A stretch of 64,000 nucleotides of DNA, taken from the IMG/VR virus record IMGVR_UViG_3300046513_000221, positions 186,001 through 250,000 of that record; one strand, 5' to 3'. The notes under the pieces were generated by a model. The model ran no database searches. It saw only the letters and a program-made list of their open reading frames with translations, and was not told where the DNA came from. Shown here one piece after another: positions 15,527-25,052 of the stretch. The translations under genes were made by a program, and so were the position numbers. Numbering within the stretch: position 1 is the stretch's first letter; every line of letters starts with the position of its first letter.

Positions 15527-16292
15527 ACACCAGCAGCTGAATAAGCGGCTGAAGGAAGTTCTCGTAGTTGTAGCTGATGTCCAGCTCCTCAAGCTGATCA
15601 TCCTGAATGTACTCGAAGTACACGTCGTTGCTCGCCAGCCGCAGCTTGAGCTTGTACTGGTAGATGGCGTTCAGTTCCCGGTAGTAGTCGTGAGCCAGCT
15701 CCAGACTGACGTAGCAGTGACGTAATTCTTGGAGATAGTCGAAGATGAACTGCTTGTCCTTGTACTCGTAGAACTTCATGAGAATCTTGATCTCTTCGAT
15801 CAGATTGTCCTTGGCCTCCACGTCGTGATCCAGCCCCTTGAACCAGAACCTGTCGGTCTTGGCGTGCAGGAAGAACTCCTTCTTCCGCAGGAGCATGTAT
15901 GACGATGCCGTCTCCCGGAGCGTGAAGACCACGTTGTCGAACTCCAGCACGGTCGGCTTCTGGTCGTACATCGTGATCGAGTCCTTCTTGACGCTGAGGA
16001 TCCGGTCCTCGTCGATCTCGTTGTGCTCCCTGAAGAGCCTCATGTGCTCGATGAATCCGTCGTTCAGCTGCTTGACGAACTCCTTGTTGTCCCTCGCGTA
16101 CTTACCGATCTCGATGTGACGCTGCTTCTTGGTCATCCCGGATATCTGCTTGACGAACTTCTCGGGCAGCAGTCCGTTGTTCTTCGATATCGACCAGCCC
16201 CCCTCGATGATGTCGTACTCCTGAATGCTCTTGTTCTTCAGAACGAGAATGTCCTCGTTCAGGTAGACGAGTGAGTTCACGCTTCCAGACAT
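15525..16292 (-). CDS. Conserved jumbo-phage protein, possibly a split family-B DNA polymerase-related subunit
   Basis: EYDI...R.IEIG...F...N.I....ILSVKKDSI recalls palm-like fragments of phiKZ-group split polymerases; not verified. Confidence 0.4.
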   Translation of the reverse strand: MSGSVNSLVYLNEDILVLKNKSIQEYDIIEGGWSISKNNGLLPEKFVKQISGMTKKQRHIEIGKYARDNKEFVKQLNDGFIEHMRLFREHNEIDEDRILSVKKDSITMYDQKPTVLEFDNVVFTLRETASSYMLLRKKEFFLHAKTDRFWFKGLDHDVEAKDNLIEEIKILMKFYEYKDKQFIFDYLQELRHCYVSLELAHDYYRELNAIYQYKLKLRLASNDVYFEYIQDDQLEELDISYNYENFLQPLIQLLV

Positions 16293-16453
16293 AGTGTCTC
16301 CTCGTACAGTTGATCTTTAGGTTTGTTTTGCGAATATATAATTCTCATGATTGCACTTGGGATGCGCATTGACATCCTTCAACATATAAATTATATATTT
16401 GTAATCGATTTCTCAATTTCCCGCACGGCGGGAGATGAATATCTGGAGAGTAA

Positions 16454-16966
16454 ATGAGTATTGCTTACTTCACGGTGCCGAACGATCAGCACCAAGTAAC
16501 CAACATTGCGGCCGCGATGGATTCCCGTGATCTCGACGATCACGATATCATCAACATCGAAACGGTCAACGCCAACACTCTCGTGAAGGTATGGTTCCGC
16601 CAAGTTAAGATGGTTCCTTCCGGCGTCAAGGTCGCCGAGATTGATGTCTCGAAGGCTATGGCGTCCAACATGATCACCAATGCCGGTCAGCTGGTTGCCG
16701 CATTCGGCGCACCGCAGACCCGCTATGAGCCGCCTCCTAACCCGGACGCTCATCCGGAGACGAGCTACGACCCGGCAGGATGGACTCCGGGCGTCAAGTA
16801 CGAGAAGGGTGATAAGGTCACCCTCAACGGTGAAGTCAAGGTAATCGGCAATAGCGGTACCTCCGCAGATCTGGATCCGAAGCCAACCGTCCCAGCAACT
16901 GATGTAAATCAAGCCAAAAGCAAGATCGCACTGAAGTCGCTCCCGAACAGTAAGCACCGCCGCTAA
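16454..16966 (+). CDS. Hypothetical protein with a CBM5/12-like motif
   Basis: GWTPGVKYEKGDKVTLNG matches W....Y..GD.V..NG; GGAG RBS. Confidence 0.5.
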   Translation: MSIAYFTVPNDQHQVTNIAAAMDSRDLDDHDIINIETVNANTLVKVWFRQVKMVPSGVKVAEIDVSKAMASNMITNAGQLVAAFGAPQTRYEPPPNPDAHPETSYDPAGWTPGVKYEKGDKVTLNGEVKVIGNSGTSADLDPKPTVPATDVNQAKSKIALKSLPNSKHRR

Positions 16967-17053
16967 ACGAAAAATGCTATATGGGTCAACAGATTCATAT
17001 AGCATTTTTATCGATTTCGCGTTATAATGCAAAGATGTGGCCGAGGGTGCAAA

Positions 17054-17434
17054 ATGAGTAAACGTAAACAGAGTAAGCAAGATAAAGAAGCCTTGGAGTT
17101 GGAGCGCAAGCTCGGCGGTCTCTTGGGCTGGGTTAACATCGAGCAATCATTGGCAGTTGATGGTACCGTCATCTTCACGGGGATTGCACCGAAGAGCAGT
17201 AAGGTCAGCGTCCTCCCGCAATGGGTACGCGACTGGCGCGACTGCGGTCCTCTGCTGACTCAGGTCAGTATGATCGCGATCTACATCGACAAGGACGCCG
17301 ACGAGATCGAGTGTCATGTCAATTCTCCAAACATGTCGAAGTACAATGACTTGGCACTGCGCATGGGGATCGTCGAATCCTTTATTGACGACATCGAAGA
17401 ACAGAAAGAAGAAGAACCTGTATGCTCCAGCTAA
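17054..17434 (+). CDS. Phage ABA-sandwich-like protein
   Basis: LGW...PQWVRDWRDCGPLL motif; ATG 17054 after GAGGG. Confidence 0.45.
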   Translation: MSKRKQSKQDKEALELERKLGGLLGWVNIEQSLAVDGTVIFTGIAPKSSKVSVLPQWVRDWRDCGPLLTQVSMIAIYIDKDADEIECHVNSPNMSKYNDLALRMGIVESFIDDIEEQKEEEPVCSS

Positions 17435-18780
17435 AACCACGTAACATCGACGATGCATTCGTCGAAGCAAATCTGATCACCAATCACGAGCCACTGAGCA
17501 GCGATGCCAAGTTCACCCTCGACGGCGTCTTCTCCGAGAAGATCTTCGGCACGATGGCGAACGGCATCGACTACTCCTGCACCTGCGGGTGCTATCAAGG
17601 CGAGTTCAACAAGGGCTACGAGTGCGAGATCTGCAACGACCCTGTCGTGTTCAAGGGTCTGGCGCTGAAGAAGGAAGGCTGGATCGATCTGGAGTACCCG
17701 ATCATCCACCCGGTCTTCTACCGCTACCTGAAGAAGATCATCGGTGCGACCAATCTGCAGTCGATCATCAACTACAAGGGCAAGATCAAAGTGTCCGGCC
17801 AGCTGGACGAGGCTCCGCTGGAGTACCCGTTCCACGAGATCGGCATGATGCGTTTCATCGAGAACTTCGAGACCATCGTGGACAGCTACATCAGCCAGAA
17901 GTCCGAGAAGGCCGTCAAGCACGCCAAGGATATCGCCTTCATCGTCGAGCATCAGGAGCTTGTGTTCATCACCAAGTACCCGATCATCAACAGCCGCCTC
18001 CGTCCGGCGACCATCCTGAACGGCGAGTTCAGCTTCGACGCGATCAACAACCTGTACAACGGCATCATCCGTGGCTCCGGTCTGCTGCGCGATCTGACCG
18101 AGATCGAGAAGAACGACATGAACATCCTGTCTCTGGTCTACAAGAACCAGATGCTGGTGAACGAGTTGTTCGATACCGTCATCGACACGCTGTCCAACAA
18201 GGACGGCTACATCCGTGGCTCCCTGATGGGATGCCGCCTGAACTGGTCGAGCCGCAACGTCATCACGCCGCTGACCGGCAAGTACGGTATGGACCAGTGC
18301 GTCATGCCTTACCTGACCGCGATCGAGCTGCTGAAGCCGCTGATCATGCGCAAGCTGCAGAAGCTGAAGAAGATCAGCATCGCGGCGGCGCACAAGATCT
18401 GGTTCGAGGCCAATCTGGTCTACAACAAGCTCGTGCACAGCATCATGCGCGAGCTGGTGAAAGAAAACAACATCCGGATCCTGCTGAACCGTAATCCGAC
18501 GATCTCGGTAGGCTCTATCCTGATGCTGGAGGTAGCCGATATCAAGGAGGACATGGAAGACGTCACCTTGAGCATCTCCAACCTGATCCTGCCGTCCATC
18601 TCCGGCGACTACGACGGAGACGTTCTGAACATCGTCATGCTGTTCTCCAAGGCGTTCGTCGATCTGTTCCGTCCATTCATGCCGAGCAACCTCGTCATCG
18701 ACACCGACAGCGGCGAGTTCAACGGCAATTTCGCACCGTTCAAGGACGTGGCTATCGGCCTCCAGTCCATCGTGAACTAG
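17422..18780 (+). CDS. rpoC: Non-virion RNA polymerase beta' subunit, N-terminal part (catalytic)
   Basis: DGVFSEKIFG, Zn-binding CTCG...CEIC, G.L.G.R..WS.R.VITP, RNPT, catalytic GDYDGD. Confidence 0.93.
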   Translation: MLQLKPRNIDDAFVEANLITNHEPLSSDAKFTLDGVFSEKIFGTMANGIDYSCTCGCYQGEFNKGYECEICNDPVVFKGLALKKEGWIDLEYPIIHPVFYRYLKKIIGATNLQSIINYKGKIKVSGQLDEAPLEYPFHEIGMMRFIENFETIVDSYISQKSEKAVKHAKDIAFIVEHQELVFITKYPIINSRLRPATILNGEFSFDAINNLYNGIIRGSGLLRDLTEIEKNDMNILSLVYKNQMLVNELFDTVIDTLSNKDGYIRGSLMGCRLNWSSRNVITPLTGKYGMDQCVMPYLTAIELLKPLIMRKLQKLKKISIAAAHKIWFEANLVYNKLVHSIMRELVKENNIRILLNRNPTISVGSILMLEVADIKEDMEDVTLSISNLILPSISGDYDGDVLNIVMLFSKAFVDLFRPFMPSNLVIDTDSGEFNGNFAPFKDVAIGLQSIVN

Positions 18781-18788
18781 GAGGTAAA

Positions 18789-19064
18789 ATGTGCCCTCTG
18801 CCAACAAAGCGTGAACACGTCTTTCTGGCCGGGGCGCTCCTCTTCGCTATTCTGTACTCGACTGCGATCGAGGCTATGGCGGGGTGGAGCGCCGAAGTGG
18901 ATATCCTGAAAACCGCGTGTAACGATAACGACGGTCTGAAGGAGATCTACCGAGACTGGAAGAACAAAGGTCGTCCGATCGTCGCCGAGTGCTACGACGG
19001 TACGAAGTGGCGAATATTCAATGGGAAGGTAGTACCGTATGCCAAGCAAGAAAAAACTCCGTAG
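18789..19064 (+). CDS. Hypothetical protein with N-terminal hydrophobic segment
   Basis: GGAGG RBS; hydrophobic residues 11-30. Confidence 0.65.
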   Translation: MCPLPTKREHVFLAGALLFAILYSTAIEAMAGWSAEVDILKTACNDNDGLKEIYRDWKNKGRPIVAECYDGTKWRIFNGKVVPYAKQEKTP

Positions 19065-19350
19065 CATCACGGACATCGAGTGGCTGCAGCTCAAGACCGG
19101 GCGCGGTCAGGATGCCACCGGCTATCCATGTCACGACTACGGTGACGGCGGGTTCTTCTACTTCTGGCCGTGGGGAACCCAACCCGAGATCAACATTATC
19201 CACAAGATTGGTGCGAGCTGTCCTGTCAAAGCAGCTAAGGCGTTCCTGGAACACTACGTCAAGAACCCGTCCGGTGACATGACGACGCACTACCCACCAG
19301 TAAAGAAATCCAAGAATGCAAATCAAGGGAAAACCAAAAAAGGTCGTTGA
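19039..19350 (+). CDS. Hypothetical protein
   Basis: Co-oriented, overlapping operon arrangement, codon bias. Confidence 0.65.
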   Translation: MPSKKKLRSITDIEWLQLKTGRGQDATGYPCHDYGDGGFFYFWPWGTQPEINIIHKIGASCPVKAAKAFLEHYVKNPSGDMTTHYPPVKKSKNANQGKTKKGR

Positions 19351-19543
19351 CTGGCTCCTGAAGCACTTCGACCTGAAGGACGTGATCGTTATCGGCGCGA
19401 TCGCGTTTGTCTACATCAATGGCATCTACGTCCAGAAGCAACAGAGACTGGAGATGGAGGAAAGCTACCTGCGCGGCTATGCCGATGGCGTGAAGTTCTC
19501 CCTCAACCCCGGCACGGATAACCAACCGAAAGGAAAGAAATAG
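19316..19543 (+). CDS. Small single-TM membrane protein
   Basis: VIVIGAIAFVYINGIYV hydrophobic helix. Confidence 0.6.
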   Translation: MQIKGKPKKVVDWLLKHFDLKDVIVIGAIAFVYINGIYVQKQQRLEMEESYLRGYADGVKFSLNPGTDNQPKGKK

Positions 19544-19777
19544 ATGTGTCTCCCATATCAGATCGAATTCTCGATGTCTAACGGCATCAACGGCAAAGCC
19601 AATATCTACAATCACGTCGATGCTCGCACCCGTATGAAGGAGATCTGTAGGGATCCCAAGACGGTCAGCGCCGTCCTCTGGACGACCAACGACGATGAGG
19701 GCGAACCATCCAGCCCGACTGTCATCAGCCGCCGTAACAAGACCGATCTCGCTTCCTTTGAGATCATTCCAATGTAA
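19544..19777 (+). CDS. Hypothetical protein
   Basis: Starts immediately after previous stop. Confidence 0.6.
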   Translation: MCLPYQIEFSMSNGINGKANIYNHVDARTRMKEICRDPKTVSAVLWTTNDDEGEPSSPTVISRRNKTDLASFEIIPM

Positions 19778-19795
19778 GTCAACCAAGGAGGTAGC

Positions 19796-20074
19796 ATGAA
19801 GAAGTCCCTCGTAATTCACGTCAAGAGCGATTTTGACGTGACAGCTTTTGTCAGCCGTGCGTGCAAGGACCACGAGCTGGATCCACCGATCCTGATCAAG
19901 CGCGAGAACAAGATCTCCGAGTACAAACTCGTAGGTCCGGAGCAGAAGCTGGCACAGGCCGTGTGCGCCCACTTCCTCGACGACGATGCTCACGACTTCA
20001 CCGAGGCATCGATGATCGCTGCGACCGAGAAGATGATGGCGTCGGCCATCGAACACGCCGAAGCATCGGTCTGA
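19796..20074 (+). CDS. Hypothetical protein
   Basis: AAGGAGGT RBS, codon bias. Confidence 0.75.
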   Translation: MKKSLVIHVKSDFDVTAFVSRACKDHELDPPILIKRENKISEYKLVGPEQKLAQAVCAHFLDDDAHDFTEASMIAATEKMMASAIEHAEASV

Positions 20075-20119
20075 CCCAGCGGCCCTACCCTTACCGGGTA
20101 GGGTCAACAAGGAGTCAAG

Positions 20120-20440
20120 ATGGCTACAAAGAAGAAGCCCCAATCGACTGTTGTCGTGGACACATCCAAGGAAGTGGACGACGATAAACTCTCGAACCAG
20201 CAGCTCGCCGACCTGTACGGTGCGCTCACAACCCGCGTGCAGAGGATGCTAGCGGATCCAGTCTTCAAGCGTCAGCAAGAAATAGAGGACGCGCTGCGAC
20301 TCAGGGTGTACGAAACCAAGAAGCACACTGAGAAGGTCGAACTCAAGGGCAAGGAGTGGATAGTCACCCTTCCGTCAGTGAAGAAAGAGCTAGACATGCG
20401 TGACATCAGACACAGAAAGATCAAGAAAAGGAACACATGA
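20120..20440 (+). CDS. Hypothetical basic protein
   Basis: AAGGAG RBS. Confidence 0.7.
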   Translation: MATKKKPQSTVVVDTSKEVDDDKLSNQQLADLYGALTTRVQRMLADPVFKRQQEIEDALRLRVYETKKHTEKVELKGKEWIVTLPSVKKELDMRDIRHRKIKKRNT

Positions 20441-21132
20441 ACTCGTTACTAATGGTACTCTTCGGTGCCCTCCTGCTGTTCGCAGGTATGGCGGTGGTAC
20501 TGGAACTGAAGCGGAGCCGGACCGATCTCGACTCCGTCATTCTCTACAACATCTCGGCCAACTTCTTTGGGTTGGCGTTCATTCTGTATCCCAGCCTGTC
20601 CACAATCCACATGATCATCTGCGCGATGATCATCACCGTGATCGAGCTGGGTATCATGCAGATCATCATCAGCGGCAGGGCTTTCGGCATCGAATGCTCA
20701 CGCATGAAGATCTACCGTCGTTGGAAGGGCGGTATATGGGTAGTCATGTACGATGACGACAAGTGGCACCATGCCAATGCCAAGGGCTTCGTTAGTGGTG
20801 GCGGTTGCCATTACACCTTCTTGGGCAACAAGAAGGTCGAGATCTACGACCCGATCGTCGATCAGGAGAAGTTCGCCAAGGTGGCGGAAGAGGGCGTACC
20901 TCAGATCGTGACTTGGAACGTCCGCGAGATGCCGGTGGTCGGCGGTATCACTGCGAGCTGGGTTCCTCCGAGCCGGATCTCGTTCTTCGCCGACGGCATT
21001 GACCTCGTGATCAACGGCGACGGTACGATCACATGGAACGAGGAGAAGGCCAGCAGCGACGAGGCCGCTCTGGCATTCCTGGAATCGCTCAAGAAGCTGG
21101 CTCCGGAATTCTTCCGTCAGTCGAAACTGTAA
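20437..21132 (+). CDS. Membrane protein (about 3 N-terminal TM helices) with soluble C-terminal domain
   Basis: ATGA overlap; three hydrophobic segments in the first 80 aa. Confidence 0.65.
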   Translation: MNSLLMVLFGALLLFAGMAVVLELKRSRTDLDSVILYNISANFFGLAFILYPSLSTIHMIICAMIITVIELGIMQIIISGRAFGIECSRMKIYRRWKGGIWVVMYDDDKWHHANAKGFVSGGGCHYTFLGNKKVEIYDPIVDQEKFAKVAEEGVPQIVTWNVREMPVVGGITASWVPPSRISFFADGIDLVINGDGTITWNEEKASSDEAALAFLESLKKLAPEFFRQSKL

Positions 21133-21187
21133 GCGGGATGGGTGCGAGGGCGAGAGCCTTCCACCCTTCTTTTTTTTTTGTAAGCGC

Positions 21188-21200
21188 AACAACAGAATAA
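21188..21200 (+). promoter_or_regulatory. Putative late promoter AACA-N6-TAA
   Basis: AACA ACAGAA TAA, just after a terminator T-run and upstream of ATG 21224. Confidence 0.65.
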
Positions 21201-21223
21201 TCAAATATCGCTTTAGGATCATC

Positions 21224-22519
21224 ATGGCTAAGCTGCAAGCAACCACATTCCCGATGATCGGCTCCGGCACGATGCTGAGTAGCATCACGGGTCTGATCAA
21301 GAACCATATCCTTGCGCGGCTCCCCAAGAACTACATCAAGTACGTCTACATCAAGAACTCGATCGCCAGTGTGACCGAGCGCAACCGCGATGAAGAGATG
21401 AAGCTCATCAAGGAGAAGCCGTCGCTCTCCCTCGGCCTGAACTACGCCTATAACGAGCCTGTCTCGTTCGGCGACCAGATGCCTTGGGGTATGAGCCGCA
21501 TTCCCGTCCGTGCCTATCAACGCACCTCGATCTACCGTCCGGTGCTGCTGAACGACATCGACAACATGTACATCTCCACCATCGACGAGCGCATCAAGTT
21601 GAACTTTGATGTCGGCATCCGTGTCGATTCGGAGACGCAAGCGTACAATCTCCTGATGTACATGAAATCGTACATCGGTGTCAACCGACCCTACTACCTT
21701 AACCGGGCGAACCTTGAGGTTCCGATGCCGATCAATGCTCTGAACCTGATCATCAAGAGCAAGGGCTTCGACATCTCGACTCCGCAGGGTCTGATGGATT
21801 TCCATGATTACCTGACGAAATGGTCCGGTGGTCAGATTACCTACAAGAAGAACCTCGGAAGTGGCAACATGAACTACTTCATGAAGTTCTCCTCCAACGT
21901 CCTCTGCAAGATCACGGACATGCCGACGATCGACAAGACGATGGAGGGCAAATCGGTTCTGGACGCCATCGTCCGGTACAACATCGAGGTCGAGCTGGTC
22001 AACTTCACCAACTTCATCTCGGAGCACGAGGAGCTTCAGCCCCTGCCGGAGCCGCCGCTGCTGATCGGTGAGACCGGTAACACGATGGTCTACAACTTCA
22101 CCGCCAAGATGCCGTTCACCCGGCAGCTGGACGACGGTAAGGTTCTGGCAGTCACGCTGGACTTCATCACCGACCTCAACTCCGCGATCGACATCACATC
22201 GTTCGACGATGCGCTGCGCCCGGACGTGCGATACTTCATCGAGCACCAGCTCGGCCTGATCCCGGATGAAGCTAACGCCATCTTGGATCACACAAAAATC
22301 CGGGTACTGCGAGATCACGAGGATCTGATCGAGGATGATGACTTCACCGTGGACTGGTCGAAGAAGGAGGTATCGATCCTCCATCCTCGAACGAACTACG
22401 TGTACACCCTCGCCCTGTACCTCGACCTGACCCTGTACAACTCGGTCGTCCGCGAACGCGACAGGATCAACCGTGGCGGTGAGGACGGCAGCAATGTCGT
22501 CGAGATCCCCAAGGAGTAA
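21224..22519 (+). CDS. Probable virion structural protein (neck/tail-completion-like)
   Basis: 431-aa beta-rich ORF, strong codon bias, late promoter motif. Confidence 0.5.
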   Translation: MAKLQATTFPMIGSGTMLSSITGLIKNHILARLPKNYIKYVYIKNSIASVTERNRDEEMKLIKEKPSLSLGLNYAYNEPVSFGDQMPWGMSRIPVRAYQRTSIYRPVLLNDIDNMYISTIDERIKLNFDVGIRVDSETQAYNLLMYMKSYIGVNRPYYLNRANLEVPMPINALNLIIKSKGFDISTPQGLMDFHDYLTKWSGGQITYKKNLGSGNMNYFMKFSSNVLCKITDMPTIDKTMEGKSVLDAIVRYNIEVELVNFTNFISEHEELQPLPEPPLLIGETGNTMVYNFTAKMPFTRQLDDGKVLAVTLDFITDLNSAIDITSFDDALRPDVRYFIEHQLGLIPDEANAILDHTKIRVLRDHEDLIEDDDFTVDWSKKEVSILHPRTNYVYTLALYLDLTLYNSVVRERDRINRGGEDGSNVVEIPKE

Positions 22520-22568
22520 AAAAAAAGATGAACGTAAGGATCCCATCGTGGGATCCTTACGTCTCTTT
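22520..22568. terminator. Bidirectional terminator
   Basis: 14-bp stem ACGTAAGGATCCCA / TGGGATCCTTACGT. Confidence 0.85.
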
Positions 22569-22576
22569 ACTTCAAG

Positions 22577-22951
22577 TTACTTCTGCTTCTTCTTGGTAGC
22601 GAAGCGCATGATGTCGTGCATGTCGCACTTCACCAAGCTGAAGATCTGCTTGAAGGTCACTACCATAGGCAGCATGATCTTCATCACACGGATGTACGTG
22701 TTGGTGAACATGAAGAAGATCTCATCGTTGATCTCGATGATGATCTCCTTGTCGTCACGGGTGATGGTCACGTTCTCGTTATCTTTCGTGTGAGCGATGA
22801 TCTGGTCCATACCTTCGATGGTTTCTTCAGCGGTCGGTACGTTCATCTTGCGGAACTTCTCGCTGAAGACCATGGCGATTTCCTGACCCAACTCTGCGTT
22901 AGCGATGGCATTGGTTTGTACGACGGTATCTACGCTGATGATGATTTTCAT
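22577..22951 (-). CDS. Hypothetical protein
   Basis: GGAG RBS, codon bias. Confidence 0.7.
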   Translation of the reverse strand: MKIIISVDTVVQTNAIANAELGQEIAMVFSEKFRKMNVPTAEETIEGMDQIIAHTKDNENVTITRDDKEIIIEINDEIFFMFTNTYIRVMKIMLPMVVTFKQIFSLVKCDMHDIMRFATKKKQK

Positions 22952-23084
22952 ATGGACTCCATTTAGTTAGTTTGATTTAAGGTACTTCGGTACTAGATAT
23001 CCCTTCTAGACCATCCTAATCATATCTCTTTGACTCTACAGTAGATTCGGTTTTTTGAAGGTTTGCCGGAAGGTGTCTATTCCA

Positions 23085-23097
23085 AACACTTTATTAG
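23085..23097 (+). promoter_or_regulatory. Putative late promoter AACA-N6-TAG
   Basis: AACA CTTTAT TAG upstream of ATG 23132. Confidence 0.65.
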
Positions 23098-23131
23098 CGA
23101 AATACGAAGTTCCACCAGAAAGAGGAATACT

Positions 23132-25051
23132 ATGTCTTTACCAATCAACTATCGCCGCGACCTCGCAGGGAAGGTGTACCAGCTCACGCAGTACTCCCCT
23201 CTGCAGCCGATCGCGGACAAGAACTACGACATCGTGAAGCTGAACGAGCGTCTGATCAAGATCAACCACGCCGTCCGTGTCTGCTTCGACGCGATCGCGG
23301 ACTTGGCCACTCGCGACTCCTCGTTCCTTCCGTCGTTCTTCCAAGGCTTCGTGAACCCGGTGTATGTGAAGTCCCGCACCTATGAGGATCTCACGAACCA
23401 CCTGTTCATCAACGGCTTCAACAGCAACGGCACCCCGATGTCGTTCAGCGAGAGCCGCGTGGTGTACTCGTACGCCGATCTGGGTGATATCACGAACGAG
23501 GACTACGACTTCGTGCTGTACAAGAACGGTGAGATGATGCAGCGCGACGACTTCGACGTGAGCAACACCGCTTACGGCGTCAAAGCCTACGTGAAGCAGG
23601 ACAAGCTGATCAACAACGACAACGTGACGATGGCGGTTTACCGCATCTTCAACGCCAAGTACCAGATGTACAAGGACACGATCCAAGCCCCTCAGACGGG
23701 CTACAACGCGATCGTGGACGTCAACATCAGCTTCCCGAGTTTCTACAGCGTCGAGTACCTGCAAGTGGCCGTGCGCCACGTCAACCAGCCTCACTACGAG
23801 GTACTGGATCCGGCTACCTGCTCGATCACCTTCGACAGCGCCAACCGCAAGCTGCGCGTCTTCGTGCGTGGTGTCCAGCTGGCAAAGTTCGACACCGTGA
23901 TCGTGTACGATACCACCAGCTACTTCCGTACCCGCATCTTCGGCTCCAACCATGACGGCGCTCGTTCGTCAATCCATCCGGTCGCGCTGATCCAGAAGAC
24001 CGATTCCGGCGAGAACGTCCCGGTGGCCTTCTCGAACTACCGCGACTTCGACATCTGGTTGAACGGTCGTCACCTGATCCCCGGTAAGCACTTCGTCGTG
24101 ACTCCCGGTCATCAGCTGGGTCTGGACGACAAGATCAACTACATCGAATTCCTGATCCAGCAGCCGTCCGAGTCGTCGTACTGGGTCGAGATCATGAAGA
24201 ACGTCCCTTACAAGGACAACAACACCACGTACCTGTCCAAGGACAAGCTGGATGTGCGCGGCGTTGAGTTCGTCAACACGAACCTGTTCCCGATCATGAA
24301 GAACATGGGCGAGTGCTTCATCAACGGTCGCTTCGTCAACCCGGCCAAGCTCTCGACCGTACACCGTCAGGTGCTGGTCGTGGACAACGTGGACGACACC
24401 ACGGACTTCTTCTACAAGTTCAACCCGCCGATCAACGACGCTACCAATGCGATGATCGAAGAGGCCGTTCTGGCTTCGACCGACTTCGACAAGTTCGTCA
24501 ATCTGACGGGCGGTATCAACAACCTGATCTCGGTGACGAAGAACCAGCGCGATCCGTTCCCGGTCAAGGCTTATCCAGACGTGGTCGAGTCCTACAACGG
24601 CTTCGTGATTCCGATCGTGACGAACTACCTGCGCTGGGCGCTGGCTGCGGTTCCGGACATCGGCAACTTCGTCCTCGACCAGAACGACGCCCTCGCCACA
24701 AGCCTGTGGGATCTGTCCTTCTGGGACCAGCAGTACGTCAAGGACGCAATCATCGATTGCAACCGTCTGCTCTCGCTGGACATCAACATCGACTGCAACT
24801 ACGGCGACTTCCGTGGTGCGGACTCGCGTGCGGCCCTCATCAGCAAGCATGCTCCGATCATCTCCAACTTCGGAGCGTACGCTCTGGAGACGGCTGCGGA
24901 TACCCTGTCCGACTTCACCGTTGACAGCAACATCCCGGTCATTCCGGAGCTGTGGAACCTGACCGGCTGGAACGAGCCAAACATCCACGACGTCAACCTC
25001 GACGCTAACCTGCAACTGAACGACCCGGTAGAAATGTCGGGTAGCGTGTGA
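23132..25051 (+). CDS. Probable virion structural protein (baseplate/tail-associated)
   Basis: 640-aa beta-rich ORF, GAGG RBS at ATG 23132, late promoter. Confidence 0.55.
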   Translation: MSLPINYRRDLAGKVYQLTQYSPLQPIADKNYDIVKLNERLIKINHAVRVCFDAIADLATRDSSFLPSFFQGFVNPVYVKSRTYEDLTNHLFINGFNSNGTPMSFSESRVVYSYADLGDITNEDYDFVLYKNGEMMQRDDFDVSNTAYGVKAYVKQDKLINNDNVTMAVYRIFNAKYQMYKDTIQAPQTGYNAIVDVNISFPSFYSVEYLQVAVRHVNQPHYEVLDPATCSITFDSANRKLRVFVRGVQLAKFDTVIVYDTTSYFRTRIFGSNHDGARSSIHPVALIQKTDSGENVPVAFSNYRDFDIWLNGRHLIPGKHFVVTPGHQLGLDDKINYIEFLIQQPSESSYWVEIMKNVPYKDNNTTYLSKDKLDVRGVEFVNTNLFPIMKNMGECFINGRFVNPAKLSTVHRQVLVVDNVDDTTDFFYKFNPPINDATNAMIEEAVLASTDFDKFVNLTGGINNLISVTKNQRDPFPVKAYPDVVESYNGFVIPIVTNYLRWALAAVPDIGNFVLDQNDALATSLWDLSFWDQQYVKDAIIDCNRLLSLDINIDCNYGDFRGADSRAALISKHAPIISNFGAYALETAADTLSDFTVDSNIPVIPELWNLTGWNEPNIHDVNLDANLQLNDPVEMSGSV

Positions 25052-25052
25052 T

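Noticed and set aside
14729-22297. Shared 15-mer TTGGATCACACAAAA at about 14729 and 22283
   Set aside because: A few 15-mer coincidences are expected by chance in 64 kb; contexts are unrelated
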